This document shows, piece after piece, positions 42,635-64,000 of a stretch of DNA of 64,000 nt. The notes beneath the pieces were generated by a model, which was not told the origin of the DNA, ran no database searches, and worked only from the letters and a program-made list of their open reading frames with translations. The stretch lies in assembly GCA_051294905.1 (NCBI GenBank), contig CM119372.1, positions 10,108,001 through 10,172,000 of the forward strand, read 5' to 3'. Source of the DNA: Botryllus schlosseri (taxonomy: Eukaryota). How positions within the stretch are numbered: position 1 is the stretch's first letter; every line of letters begins with the position of its first letter. A program made the translations under genes and the position numbers.

Positions 42635-43281
42635 AAAGAAACGTTGGTCTTGGGCCCACCATAGGGTCATAAACCGAACTTCTGGGGGGCCTCGCCCCCC
42701 AGACCCACCTCGACTGTAAGCTGTTTACCGCTACCCATCATCTGTGTTGAGAGTCCGTCCGACCCCCCCCCCCCATCACGTTGTTCACTTTTGTCACGAA
42801 ATAAGGGTCACAGTTTAGTGAGCCAGCGCGAAAATTTTCGATAATTCATGATAAAATCAAATTGCTATTTCTTCACTGGCATATATTTTTTCCCTGCGGA
42901 ATGGTACTTGTCTTGTGAGGTTCAGATTGCCAAGACATGAACATTCGGCGCCAGTCATTTAGGCGCCTATGGACAATCAAACCTATTTGTATTTTGCATA
43001 TATAATGAGTTTTCGGTCAGCGTAAGAGGGCAGTCCTTTTGGCCAGGTTTCTCACTGCCGATCGTTCTGGCACACTTCTTGGAGTCGCATGTTACATGTC
43101 CTAAAACCTTAAATGTCTCGCCGATATGTCCATTTCGGTAAATCTTGCGTATTTTGTCTTGGGGAAGAGTAGGCTACTAAATAATGAAGAAAGTTGGCAA
43201 CTTTAAATCGCGTTGTTGCATAATTTTTGAAAAATACTCTATAATTTATGCGGGGTTTGGGGTGCGGCAGTTACGGTCCTG
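42579..43281. mobile_element. hAT-like non-autonomous element nested in an (AGTA)-rich element (~42253-43545)
   Basis: TIR CAGGGCCGTAAC / GTTACGGTCCTG with perfect TSD CTTTTATG. Confidence 0.85.
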
Positions 43282-44318
43282 CTTTTATGTAAATTAAATG
43301 TTAGTACTACGTGAAAACGACAGCTCTGAAATTCCTCAGGCTATCTTTCTGATTGAACGATTAAACCACTTCTACTTGACAAACTGAAAATAACGAAAAG
43401 TAAGTAAGTAAGTAGATCACAAAATATTACGAAGTACAAGTAGCAATGAGGAATATTCGATTTACTTGACTAAGTACCGCAAAAAGCAAAAAGCGGAAAA
43501 CTACTTGAATACTTCGCATAAGTGAGCGCACTTCGTTAATGACCATGACCATTGACACCACCTATGGTCAAACACCAGCACTGGGTCAAGCATTGGAGTG
43601 TGGGAATAGGTTCTTATTACTCTTGCATTCATCCCAACTATGATGTCTTTCCAAAACTTCTGTAACATTGAACCTAGGTCAAGAAACAATTCCGAGCTTG
43701 CGGCACAGTATACGCCAACTCCATTTGGCTAAATGTTGTGCAAGCTTTGATTAGCATAATTATCCGCAGTGATGTACCCCACACACGCAGTTATACGCAC
43801 TAAACTGGTGATGATATTGGGCAATGGCACGGTTAATAGACGATCGCTGTTGCCCTATCTCGCCAGACATAGCTTCATTGATCATTTGCCACCATCGTTT
43901 AATTTTTCTTCTTTTTTACTTTTCTTAACTACCGTAACATTTTTTACAGCCAGACTGTGTTAGAGCAGCAGTGGTTCCCAACGTGAGGCGATTTGGCGGT
44001 CTAGGGGGGGCGAAAATGACGAAGGGGGCGACAGGGGGCGAAAATGGACAAAGGGGGGCGACGGGGGGCGAAAATAGCGAATAAGGGGGCGATGACGCAT
44101 TAAAACGGCTGACCCATTTTTTTTTAGTCGACCCACGGTAATTTAGTTTTAGTTACAAAAGTGTGTCAAATTAGACATCGAGCCGAAAATTTGACCTTTT
44201 TTTTAGTCAACCCGCCGATGATTACAGTTTGTATGCCCCCAAGTTTCGGTACACAAAATTTGGGGGGCGATGATCGGTGTTGACCTTGAAAAGGGGGCGA
44301 TGGGTCGCCGGGTAAAGA

Positions 44319-44339
44319 CTCTCTTTCTCTCTCTCTCTT

Positions 44340-44433
<94 letters not shown>

Positions 44434-44448
44434 CGCTCTCCTCCTCTC

Positions 44449-44505
<57 letters not shown>
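44319..44505 (+). repeat. (CT)n microsatellite, about 185 bp
   Basis: Directly visible. Confidence 0.97.
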
Positions 44506-44508
<3 letters not shown>

Positions 44509-44574
44509 ACTGTGGATTAAGGTCATAGGATAATAGGTGATATTTTAGTATATTTATTCAATTTTTAGTTCAGT

Positions 44575-44790
44575 TCAGCTCGGTTTACTAGCAATTTTTA
44601 TCAGTTCAATACACCACAAATGCGATACCATGAAAAGATTGGAAGGTGTCGAAACGACTTGGAGTAGGCTAGTCTTTGGAATCAGACACCCACCTTGACC
44701 TATGCGATATAAAGATGATGCATGCATGCACAATTGCACATTGCACAGCGATGCACAGTGCACGCTGAATGAAAAGTATAAGAAGATAGT
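44575..44790 (-). mobile_element. LINE 3' UTR fragment (same family)
   Basis: Shares tagcaattttatcagttcaatacaccaca...gacacccacctt with 46880-47030. Confidence 0.75.
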
Positions 44791-45837
44791 GTAATGAAAA
44801 GCGAAAATGCAAATTGATAGAAATCATGTTTTGGTAAATAGCAGATTGTATCGAAACAATATAATTCTGCTTGACCGCGACTCGTATCATTGAAATCAAT
44901 GCTCAAATCGGGTTAAATTACACAAATAATTGTAATAATCGGGAGCCCACAGGACGTCAATCCACTGACTCCCCGTCGTTTAGAGCCACTTGACTACGCT
45001 AGGCATGGGATAGTGGTGACCGGAGTAGGAACATGAGCCGCATAGCAACCACAAATTGGTTAGCAATAAGCTACTTTCTCGCGCACCTGCTTCAGTGCTA
45101 AATATCGCATAGTGTACTGTTGATTTCTGGTTGTAAACGTTTCGGAAATTTGTTGTAGAAGTCATCAGAGATTCACCTATGCTAGATGTCAATCATGTAC
45201 AAAGCATTTATAGAATGATATCGTCAGAATTACGCAGAAATCCATCGGTTACGTAGTCGTATTACACGGTACTCATCAACTCTGATCATATGTACTTAAA
45301 TTTATGCATTTGAAGTAAAGCGATTGGTTTATATTCTGGTAAGAGTATTTGTTAGTTCAAGCAGTACTATTTGTCTGTTGTGGACGTGGAGCCTGATTTT
45401 GGATGGAAGATATGACTGAAGCAGCCGGGACCCGCAAGGATCAGGATATACTGTATGCTGGTTTGGGTGCTGGCGTGCTGCTATAAAACAAATGTCGCTG
45501 AACACATAGGAAGTATCTTTTGGGAGAACCTGCCATCAAGACTAAGCAAAGCAGTGCACTTTATTGTTGCCTTATACAATGCCGATCTTATTAGCACTAC
45601 TTCGCAACTCTGATTGAAGTGGATTTGGCAAATCACACGCGATTTTGATAGTTGATGTCACATATGTGCGCTATTTAGCGAACTAAGGGAAGTAACTATT
45701 AAATAACTCTTAGAGCAGCTCAAACACAGTGACAAGATCGGTCATCCTTTACCCAGAAGTGGTCAACGTAGTCATTGTTGGGAACCGAGTAGAAGTAATG
45801 CCTTAATTTATACTCCAGTACAAGTAGCACTAATTAC

Positions 45838-46829
45838 TAGGGGTGGTGTGAACCTGAGGTTCACGTTCGCGTTCTGCGTGTGAACCTCGAAAATTTAGAG
45901 GTTCGCGTTCACAACAGAACCTTGGTAGGTTCTGCACTGTGAACCTTTTGGTAAATTGTAATTTTCACTCCATTATAAGATCTTTGGCTCAAATTTATTG
46001 CATTTCAACTGCGGGCCACTCCATGCATGGTGCTGGCAGCATAAAAAATCAATGCTAAACGAGCATGCAGCATGCACCCCGACAACCTTAAAAGTTTTAC
46101 TTGCTTTGTTGCAAAAATTTTCTCGGAAAAACCAGCTTTCCGTTTGTGAATATTTAGTGACTCTCTGCTGTGAGCTTCACCCGCAATCACACAACATCAC
46201 GAGCGATATATACGTGATGATGCTTTTTCAACCAATCAATGACATTGATATCGTCTTCTGATGTAAAAAATCGAACGGGCGTACGGAGTTAATCTTGACT
46301 TCATATCTTTACTGTATCATTAAAACCAAATCCGTGCGATTAAGGTGCTTGCTACTGCTGCATAACTTGTTGTTGTTTGTGGTATCGGTAGCGAGTATAG
46401 AGACCCGTTGTACACTCTGCTCAATATAAATGTAGCAATACTCAGACTCCGAACACATTGTCCGGTCTGGCTAAGACCGTTCAGGCGTAAGCTTATATTC
46501 CTTGGTAAGTTCTCGTCGAAATTGTTGGCAAAGCGACGGAATGTATTGATTTTATGCAATTATTATATCCTTTGATTACCGCGGTTGATACATTTAGCGA
46601 CGTTTAAAACGCCAATATGTACTTCAGCATTGTGGCATTATGTGGACCGAGTCTTCGCTAGGTATCGTGTACATTAATATAGGCTATCACTTCATTGGAA
46701 GATAGGGTTGGAATTAGCAATATGACGTCACGTGACGTCACGAGGTTCACGTTCGTGTTCACACAGAACCTTTCAAAAAGGTTCGCGTTCACACGAACCT
46801 GAACCTTTCAGAGGTTCACACCATCCCTA
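45838..46829. mobile_element. hAT-like non-autonomous element with GAACC/GGTTC subterminal repeats; partial copy at 846-1033
   Basis: TIR TAGGGGTGGTGTGAACC / GGTTCACACCATCCCTA with perfect TSD CTAATTAC. Confidence 0.88.
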
Positions 46830-46852
46830 CTAATTACTTCCAGGACATGTCC

Positions 46853-47600
46853 ATCATCATCATCATCATCATCATTGGTTTATTAGCAATTTTATCAGTT
46901 CAATACACCACAAAAATGCGATACAATGAAAGAAAGGAAGATGTCGAAGCGACTAGGTTGTCTATGGAATCTGACACCCACCTTGGCCTAGGCGATGTAA
47001 AGAGGAGGCATGCACACTGAATGAAGGTAAAGAAGATAGTATAGAAAAAGAATGCGACAAGAAATAGGGCGGCATGTCATGGGAAGCGAGATCGATAGGT
47101 CAGTCGTGGTCCGGTAATCTTGAGGATGGACTGTATTTATTTAGTAGTAATTGCTTGTATTTCGACTTGAATGTGGACATGCTCGCCGACTGTCGGATGG
47201 CCGGCGGGATACTGTTCCATACATCAGGTCCGGCATATTTGATGGAGCGATGATCTTTTCGGTCGATCATATGATATTTGGACGACGTGGACGCGCGTGT
47301 GTTGTACTTGTGCGCTTTTGATTCAGAGGTAAAGAAGTCATTGAAATATTCGGGGCAACGACCGCAGTGAAACTGATACATGAACTTGGCGATTTCTAGT
47401 TTCCGCATATCTTCTATGTTTAGGACGCCGAATCTCTTCAGCAGCGACTTATTGGATGGGCAGCCAGGTCCCTTTGGGGCCCTAGCTATGATTCGGAGTA
47501 CTTTGTGCTGTAGTTTCTGCAGTGGCTTGAGTGCAGTTTTACTGGCAGCCCCCCAACAGAGGATGCCATAATGTAACTTCGATTGGATTAAGGATTTGAA
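46853..47600 (-). mobile_element. 5'-truncated CR1/L2-group LINE: ORF2 C-terminus, 3' UTR and (ATG)n tail
   Basis: ORF 47100-47630 (LIQSKLHYGILCWG...LQKLQHKVLRII...HKYNTR...SIKYAGPDVWNSIP...FKSKYKQLL) is the typical post-RT end of CR1/L2-type ORF2. The minus-strand 3' end reads AATAAACCAATGATGATG... Confidence 0.85.
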
Positions 47601-48769
47601 GAGTATCAGAAGTACTCCAAAGTACTTCAAGTGGAAGTAGAAATGAATTTCTCAAAATTAGTCAAGAAATTCGTTACATGAAGTAGATTTGGTTGAGGTT
47701 CATTTAGTTTTAGAAATTAAACATTGTAAACATTGCATGTTGCATATTCTTGATCAACGCAAAAGGGTGATGACACCGCAAATAGGTGCAATTTTCAAAA
47801 ATTAATTTAGTTACCGTGGTAACTGGGGCTATTTTGCCCAGTTGTTATGACAAATTCACGCTTGAAGGGGATGCAATCATGCGCCAAAGCTACTTTCTAG
47901 TTGACAAAATCCCAAACCTGACAAAAAAGTACTACCTAAAAAGTGTCAAGTAGAAGTGGAAGTAGCCTAAACTCATAATGACGCTAGTACTAAGGTAAAA
48001 TAGTACTTCGTTGCTGACCCCCTCTGTGTATTGGTTCAACCAACTCAGAAACATCCTCTAAAGACGACGAACATTGTTTCTTTTGCATTGACTCCGTAAT
48101 ATTCTGATGAACTTATGATATTCTTTGATTCATTGAATTTACAAATAAACTTGGAAAGAAGTGCAATTTATTAATTTTTGTGCATTCGATACCCAGAGCA
48201 TAAGAAATAGTTGAAGAAAAATGCATGTTAACCTTATCAAGTTCAATAACTGCCGAGACTCTTATGCCTATATATTTTCCTCTACCTCCATAGCCACTTA
48301 TTGTCTAGACAGATTCATTGCATCTACGGAAGAGCGCTTGTCTTGCTGTACACAAATGAAATATCATTTTCAAAGCAGACATCAACATCGGGAAAGAAGT
48401 TCAGGACAGTTAGTCAGTGGTCAGATCATCTGCTGACATTTTCTGTTGGCATGAAACCACGCTGCCTTCTACCGCATGACCGAATTTTATGTGATGATAA
48501 TAATTGGCTCCAGGCTGAATTCTTGACGGGGGCATCATCAATTTCTTAGTTGCCTATGTTCGGCTCTCTTGGGATAATCCATCAGATCATTAATTCGTAT
48601 ACATGTGGTATAGCCATGTCGTTGATTTTTAGCGTAGCTGAACTAGATCCGGGCTTCGGCATGATTTTTGCTGCGAAGAGAGAGAGAGAGAGAGTCTTTA
48701 TTTTCATCCAACGAAAATACGTAAAACAGACGGCAATGATGGCGGTAGCTTAGTGGGTGGTACATTAAT

Positions 48770-49101
48770 ATGCATGCACAAATTGCACATGCACATACAC
48801 AGTATTCGTTATCATCATCATCTTCATTGGTTTATTAGCAATTTTATCAGTTCACTACACCACAAAAAATGCGATACAATGAAAAGAAAGGAAGAAGTCG
48901 AAGCGACTAGGAGTTGTCTATGGAATCGGACACCCACCTTGGCCTAGGCGATGTAAAGAGGAGGCATGCACACTGAATGAAAGTAAAGAAGATAGTATAG
49001 AAAAAGGAAGCGACAAGAAATAGGGCGGCATGTCATGGGAAGCGAGATCGATAGGTCAGTCGTGGTCCGGTAATCTCGAGGATGGACTGTATTTATTTAG
49101 T
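48770..49101 (-). mobile_element. LINE 3' end fragment (same family)
   Basis: 48812-49101 is near-identical to 46855-47145, including the (CAT)n tail. Confidence 0.85.
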
Positions 49102-49602
49102 ATCAGTATTCAGTATTCAGTATTCGATATCAGAAATATCAGGATTTTACTGGGTTTGCAGGATAGCCAACCGGAGCCAGGAGGATTTGGATACCAATAT
49201 TTGAGAATCCGCTAATCTGAGTCACTGCTCAATGCTCACGCTCACATTGCTCATGTATAGATTATTATTCTCGGCTCAAGTCAAGAAGAATGTAAAAACG
49301 GCCATAATGCTTGGTCGGTCAAGCGTGAAATACAGAATTCCGTCGGTTGTGAAGTCGCGTGCAAACCGCGAATAATATGGACTTGGGCGTTGAATTGAGA
49401 ATTTTATATCTTCGATAATCCTCTATGACGCGGATGTTTTCTCGCAATATTCATTTGTAGTAAATATATACTAAGATGCTTTAGTTGTTTGAAGGATTTT
49501 ATGTTCACCTCAACTTTAAACAAGTTAGTAACGGAATCTCTTTCATAGTGTATATTTCGCTAAATTTTGCTGCTGCCCAGTCAGATTCAGATATCCCTAA
49601 AT

Positions 49603-57525
<7,923 letters not shown>

Positions 57526-58655
57526 CGAAGGTTCGATGGACCAGTCGTTGCGTGGTCTCTTCATTGGAGGTTTTTGGGAGATGGCGAAACACCACGTTCG
57601 CGTTCTCCATATCAATTTAAGATGATGATATTTCACAGTTTGATGACGAGGACGAATCGTGTGTATGAGATGCACACTTTTGGTCTGCGAGATCTCCTTT
57701 CCCAAGGCCTTTTTCATTTGCAGTGTGAATAGTGTTTGATTTTTTTTGGAGAACGTCAAAATGCTTGTAATAAAGTGAAATCAGGTACGACCTCTACTTC
57801 GATATCAGATGAATTTAGGTACTAGGTAGATCAGGTCTTGTAGAAAATATGGGAATTGCGTCAGGTTATCTGGGAAATCGTCAGCGTGATTCAGGAGTTG
57901 CGAGTTTTGTTTCATAGCCCTCCTTAGGCTATGCTTGCCTTGTATTTGTTTCAACCATATGACTTGGTATATCGCATTTTTAGATAATTCAGTAACATAT
58001 TTATCCGCGATGGAGTGGTGAGTTGATGTGGCCAAAGATTCTACACAAGTAATTTCTATTGAAATTGAGTTTACTGTTCCGTACCTCCAAGAAGCTCTTC
58101 AGAAGTAATACATAAATCATCTTCAGCATAAATCGTGTTCATATCCCATCCAACAGCTGTTACACAAAATTGATCGTGATAATCGTCAGATTATATTTTT
58201 ATCTGAACAAGACACAATGCGATGGATCGAACAGTTGTTTCTTCGATGTTAGTCCCTCTACCGTAGCTCTTTGTTGCTCATTCCTTGACGCCGTAGGAAC
58301 AGCGACGTGGGGGAAGAGGAGCCTAGAATAACCTCCGACGCGTAATCAAACCCGGGCCGTCCGGGAATTCTTCCATTTTATGCATGTGTATCTGCATTTC
58401 CTTTCTAATACAAACTTATCAAATTTTTCAAGCCAGAGCAACGATGTATGTCTTCGGTTAATTATTAATATTAGCGACTTCATCCATTCCTTGAGTTTGA
58501 GAAAGTAATACATCATTGGTCAAGTGGGCGTTTGAGATCGGGGAACTGCCATTCGTCGCCATCGCGCCGTGGGGTCTACGTATATCATTAAATGCCTCAC
58601 TTGTCATCTTCCGAAGATGACCTTTATAATGCTCATGCTCATCATGCCTACCTGT

Positions 58656-59076
58656 CAGAGATGAGCATGGATTAGGATTAGGATTTGAAAAAACCGGATT
58701 TGTGAAATTTTGTCGGATTTGGATTGGATTAGGATTAGAGATTTTTTTCTGAACGGATTAGGATTTGGATTGAATTTACCTATTTTCTGGGAGATTGATA
58801 TGTCGTGTGGTGAATGGCGACAAACTTTACTCAGATCAGTTATAAATGTGCTTATGGTTACTAGGTTATCTTGAATCAAGGCAATCGCTGGTTGTGAAAG
58901 AAAATTTTCCAATCCCTCCCTTGCATAAATTAGCATTTTTTTTGAATTTCCAGTTGGAATCGGATTAGGATTGGACATGGACTTGAATATGAAAAAGCTA
59001 TGGATTTGGATTTGGATTCGAAGATTCGGATTTGGATTGGATTAGGACATGGAAATTCCAAATCCGCTCATCTCTG
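58656..59076. mobile_element. hAT-like MITE with (GGATT)n subterminal repeats
   Basis: TIR CAGAGATGAGC / GCTCATCTCTG; TSD CTACCTGT/CTACCTAT. Confidence 0.85.
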
Positions 59077-60367
59077 CTACCTATCATCACCTGAAATTCA
59101 TTTTCTAAGCACCACGCCCCTGGCCATTTATGCCTCTCGGATTCGAAGAAAAATATACCGGTTCAAGTTTGAGGAATCTAAACTTTGGTTCCAATATATG
59201 AAGAATTTGGCGATGATTAATGACGCTGCAGCACATCGTGGGCACTGGGCACCTTGTTGGATACGGGATAGAATCTTTCGTAGTTGCGGTGTTGACGCTA
59301 GGTGTCTCGAATCGTTTCAATACGCACCGAAGACTGTGAGTCTGTGATGCAGTCTCCGGTTTATCGTTCGTTGCTTACGCCGTGAGACTTGTTCAGCAAA
59401 GTTTGGGTTGGGCAGTTGTTATCATCATTGCTGTTAGCGCGATTGGTCTGGGGCTTTTAGTGTGCTCAGGTAGTACAATGCCTTTCGTGAGTTAAATTTA
59501 GTGATGTATTTGTCCAGCTATTGAAACTATACTGGTCTTCCTTGTATATATAATGCGCGGTCCACACAACCCAAAACCCGCGTCGTATGCAATTTTGAGA
59601 CTGTAGGTCAAGCAATGTTGCATTTGAGGTTTCCAAATGAATTTTGGGTCGCATTGTTGATATATTGTGATGAAAAAACAGTACCGGTATGAAATGTAGA
59701 CAATATATATATGTGAATGTCACATTGCCCAGCAAACTGCAATCTTTCCTTTTTTAGTACTATTTCTGTGGACATCAATTGAATATGATGTAAATAATAT
59801 ATAATAATGCTTCTTTAACTAATTTCTAGCAAAATTGGAATCATTATTGGAACTGTATATGCAGCTAATTATTGGAACATCACGCATCGTAATGATTCGC
59901 CTCGCTTTATTATTTCGCTTTGCACTTGTGTTTTATATTGGTTTTATGACTGTATTTATTAATAACTCACACATGCCGGAGCATGTTTAGTGTCGCAAGA
60001 GCAGGATGGTGCCATTTGAATAATTTGGTAGATTTGCAATACCAATATTGTTAACTTGGTGTTTCGGTTGCCGGAGAACCCGGCCCTTGGAGAACCCGGC
60101 CCTACCAACTCGGCCCTCGGAGAACCCGGCCCTTAGGGAACCCGGCCCTCGGTGAATTCCTCGGGAAATTTTGAAATTAAGTGTATTCACAAGTATTAAT
60201 ATGAATTAATAAAGTAATATTGTTATTATCAACTGATTTGTCGGTCTTGTAAGGAGGTCAGGGCATGCGTAGATCACGCAGGAAGGAAGGAAGACACCCC
60301 GTCGCCTACTGAAAGAAATTGCTGGGATTGATGGGCCCATTTGTGAAAAATAACAAACCTGATTGGA

Positions 60368-60475
60368 TTAGATTTTTGTGATTTTGTCGTTTTTATTTAT
60401 ATTAGATGTGATTTTGTCGTTTTTATTTATATTAGATGTGATTTTGTCGTTTTTATTCCATTATATTAGATGTGA
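60368..60475 (+). repeat. About 30-bp tandem repeat, ~3.5 copies
   Basis: ATTAGATGTGATTTTGTCGTTTTTATTTAT repeated. Confidence 0.85.
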
Positions 60476-60559
60476 CATTTACCTGATTCAATTGATTGTG
60501 TGAAGTTGGTCAGAGCAGGCTGTTAAGGGCAATGCAACTGTAGGTTGAGGTGGGGTAGG

Positions 60560-61012
60560 GAGGCATTAGGTTTCGGGGAGTGGAACATCGGGTTCGGGTA
60601 GGATACTAGGGTTGGGGGAGGGGAGATATTAGGGTTAGGGTTAGGATATTAGGGTTGCCGGGGGTGGGATATTAGGGTCAGGGTTAGGATATTAGGGTTG
60701 CCGGGGGTGGGATATTAGGGTTAGGGTTAGGGTTGCCGGGGGTGGGATATTAGGGGTAGGGTTAGGATATTAGGGTTGCCGGGGCTGGGATATTAGGGTT
60801 AGGGTTAGGATATTAGGGTTGCCGGGGGTGGGATATTAGGGTCAGGGTTAGGATATTCGGGTTGCCGGTGGTGGGATATTAGGGTTAGGGTTAGGGTTGC
60901 CGGGGGTGGGATATTAGGGGTAGGGTTAGGATATTAGGGTTGCCGGGGCTGGGATATTAGGGTTAGGGTTAGGATATTAGTGTTGCCGGGGGTGGGATAT
61001 TAGGATTGCCGG
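60560..61012 (+). repeat. G-rich minisatellite with TTAGGG hexamers (unit of about 43 bp, GGGTGGGATATTAGGGTTAGGGTTAGGATATTAGGGTTGCCGG)
   Basis: Roughly nine directly visible tandem variants at 60625-61010, with degenerate copies upstream. Confidence 0.9.
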
Positions 61013-62683
61013 TGAATACAAAATTTCCCGAGGGCCGGGTACACATTTAATGCATTTTTAATTCAAAATTGTTCGAGGGCCGCATTCACCGAGGTCTAGA
61101 GTAGTCGAAAAACACCGTGAATACCACAAGTAGACCACGCGTGCTTGATATACAAAATTTCCCGAGGGCCGGGTTCTCCAAGGGCCGGGTTCTCCGAGGG
61201 CCGAGTTGGTAGGGCCGGGTTCTCCAAGGGACGGGTTCTCTGGTAATCGGTGTTTCCATCTCAGATCTCCTCTGCGAGTATGCGAGTAGCGACTATATGT
61301 GCTGCTTTTATGCCATAGTGGAATTGGTGGCAACGTCACACAGAACTTTCTGTTTAAATACTGAATTATTGTATGCAGAAACGCTCTCGTCACGCAGGAT
61401 TTATTTCTAAAAATGAACCGAGATTCCATAGGGGCTTTTAAGAGAAGTGGTTGGCTGGCATGTAGACCAGCCAAACTCAGAATTTATTGTGTATGTAACT
61501 ATGGTACTTGCAGTTCTCAGCTCCACCACCTTTGTCACGGTCAAAGTATTATAAAAACCAATCTACTCATAATTAGAGAATTGACTGATCTGTGTTTATA
61601 TCAGGATGATCTGTATATCCCATGCCATCCATTGTTTTGTACTTTTGTTCGATGTTTGAAGTACCGGTGCATTGTCATCATAAATATGGATTTTGCGTCA
61701 TTTTTGTAGCTCATGTCTGAGGAAATAGGACGCTCTATCAGCATTAGTTTCTTAAAAGTACCATTATTATGGGTTGATCTTATTTGAAATTAATTAGCTG
61801 CCGCTACGAAAAAGTATTCCTGTACTGTTATAATCTGTGATGGTAAATATTGATCTAAAGACTATGACAATACCTCGATTTGAGTTACTAGAAGTTATCA
61901 AATTATCAATCGTTGATTGCCATGAGATGTGACAGGTATTTGTAGTCATTGCGGTGATGTAGTACTCCCTATTGTGTCACAATGCCAAACTACGTCAAAA
62001 TACAGAATTCAAGGCTGATTTTGGGGCGCTTCGGCGCCATTATTGGTCAAATAAAATTAATATTTCCGTTATCATCACCACATTAGCTTTTGATTCATAG
62101 TGGATTTATCAAATTTCTTGCTTTGTCGGTCCAAATTTTGCCCTAAATTCCCTTTGGTCAAGTGGAGAGAATGATATAACCCAGCGTGCGTGCGAGCGAG
62201 CAGTGCTATTTGGCTTTGTCCGCACTGCTCTAGGACACTATGGCTGTATTGCTGTTGGACGTAACAATGAAATTATTACCCATAATGCAACAATTGCTTT
62301 AAATAGCCTACTGTTCGGACGGTGTAGTTATGTGTTTGTTTGTTGTAGTAACGCCCTGTTGGGGGACCGCACCCCACTGTCACGCCACACAGTTCAAGAA
62401 CCCCTAAACTAAAATAAGCCGAACTCATCTTTCAAAGATGGTAAAAAATTTCTGACACGCCATAAACGAGTTGGAGTCAGTTTGAAACATACAGAAGTTG
62501 TAACGAGCTGAGAATGTCAGTGTCATAGGAAAAGGTATGGGGAAAATGGCAACTGGCGACCTGAAAAAACTTTCAAAAATGTAGCATTTTATTTGCATTG
62601 CAACAGATATCTATCTGAGTTGAATTGCTAATGGATAACACCTAAATTTTGTGAAGTCGGCCGACTTGTAGCAAACCGGGAAA

Positions 62684-63193
<510 letters not shown>

Positions 63194-64000
63194 TAATAGA
63201 TATTTTCCCCCAATTTGCGTGAAAATTCTCTTATTTGGTGCTGTACTCAATGTACAGTAGGCTACACGGCTACACCTGATATTTGCATATTCAACCGCGC
63301 TTTGAAACTTACTCTTTTCGGTCAATGTATCACATGGAAAGCCCATTTCTCATGGTTTTTCTGAAATAACTTTTACTGTCAGTATTATGCATGAAGATTG
63401 TAGAATGTTTCTAACTCATTCAAAAATGCATCGAGCACTTTTCCAAAATACATTATGACTAATACTTCTTAGTGTCCATTGTGTGCTTATTGCTTTAATA
63501 TGAACTTTGTATAACATTGCTTTCACCACATATGAAACGGAAGACCGATATTACGTGGGCTTACTATTGTTATAAATTACTAATTCAGTTGATCTATTCG
63601 ACAACTACGATCTGGCGATAGATCTTAGTACCGCGCTTTTACCATAAGAATATGTCTAGTTTTTTCAATCAATTACTGCTAAACATGACCGTAATCTATC
63701 AGTAATGAATATGGCAAGGTTAAACGCTATATTGGACATTATTCTCAGTGATATTTGAAACGATTTCCTCAATCGAGATGTTTAAAATTTGGAATCTTAA
63801 GTACATGCAATGTCCCTGTTAGTGAATGTTCATTAGTGAGTTACCACTTCCTAATAACAGCCTCGACATTGTGCCTATGAAAGTTTCATAAACATAGCAA
63901 GAACTTGCGCTTCGCTATTAAATGAGTTATTCTGAGCAGTGATGATTGTGAACAGTCATTGGGAAAGAGGATAATGCATTCCCACAACCATTGGAGTGAG

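Larger units (their letters stand above)
60066..61248. mobile_element. Non-autonomous TIR element with 8-bp TSD carrying a telomere-like satellite
   Basis: Inverted ends of about 100 bp built of GGAGAACCCGGCCCT units (60066-60175 versus 61153-61248). Perfect direct repeat GGTGTTTC at 60058-60065 and 61249-61256. Confidence 0.8.

Noticed and set aside
44203..44533. ORFs with poly-ER / poly-SL
   Set aside because: They are translations of a (CT)n microsatellite.
57805..58156. Minus-strand spliced gene convergent with NACA
   Set aside because: It needs a 44-nt intron, shorter than others here. There is no recognisable homology or coherent upstream exon, and part of it recurs elsewhere as a repeat.
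60066..60150. CRISPR-like repeat array
   Set aside because: Eukaryotic context with no unique spacers; the units are subterminal repeats of a TIR mirrored at 61153-61248.
60560..61012. True telomere or chromosome-fusion scar
   Set aside because: No more than two consecutive TTAGGG, embedded in a longer unit, single orientation, and enclosed by TIRs with a TSD.

Overview
This window is eukaryotic, intron-rich animal DNA. The ~55-70 nt minimal introns, TTAGGG hexamers and divergent housekeeping proteins suggest an invertebrate chordate such as a tunicate, but that is an inference. Four protein-coding genes were reconstructed by hand, all with GT-AG introns: ADCK1 (minus, 8 coding exons, 6032-13582), a BAZ2/toutatis-type chromatin subunit (plus, about 36 coding exons, 20210-41499), NACA (plus, 49603-57525) and the first two exons of an ABI gene (plus, from 62684). 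Larger introns and intergenic DNA carry many non-autonomous DNA transposons (mostly 8-bp TSD, hAT-like, often nested), CR1/L2-type LINE 3' fragments and tRNA-derived SINEs. Most notable: (1) a 1530-nt, frame-preserving giant cassette exon in NACA at the position of the vertebrate muscle-specific skNAC exon; (2) a 2.3-kb fold-back hAT(m)-like element with ~0.87-kb inverted arms in another NACA intron; (3) a TIR element carrying a TTAGGG-based satellite upstream of ABI; (4) a BAZ2 that appears to lack its PHD finger.
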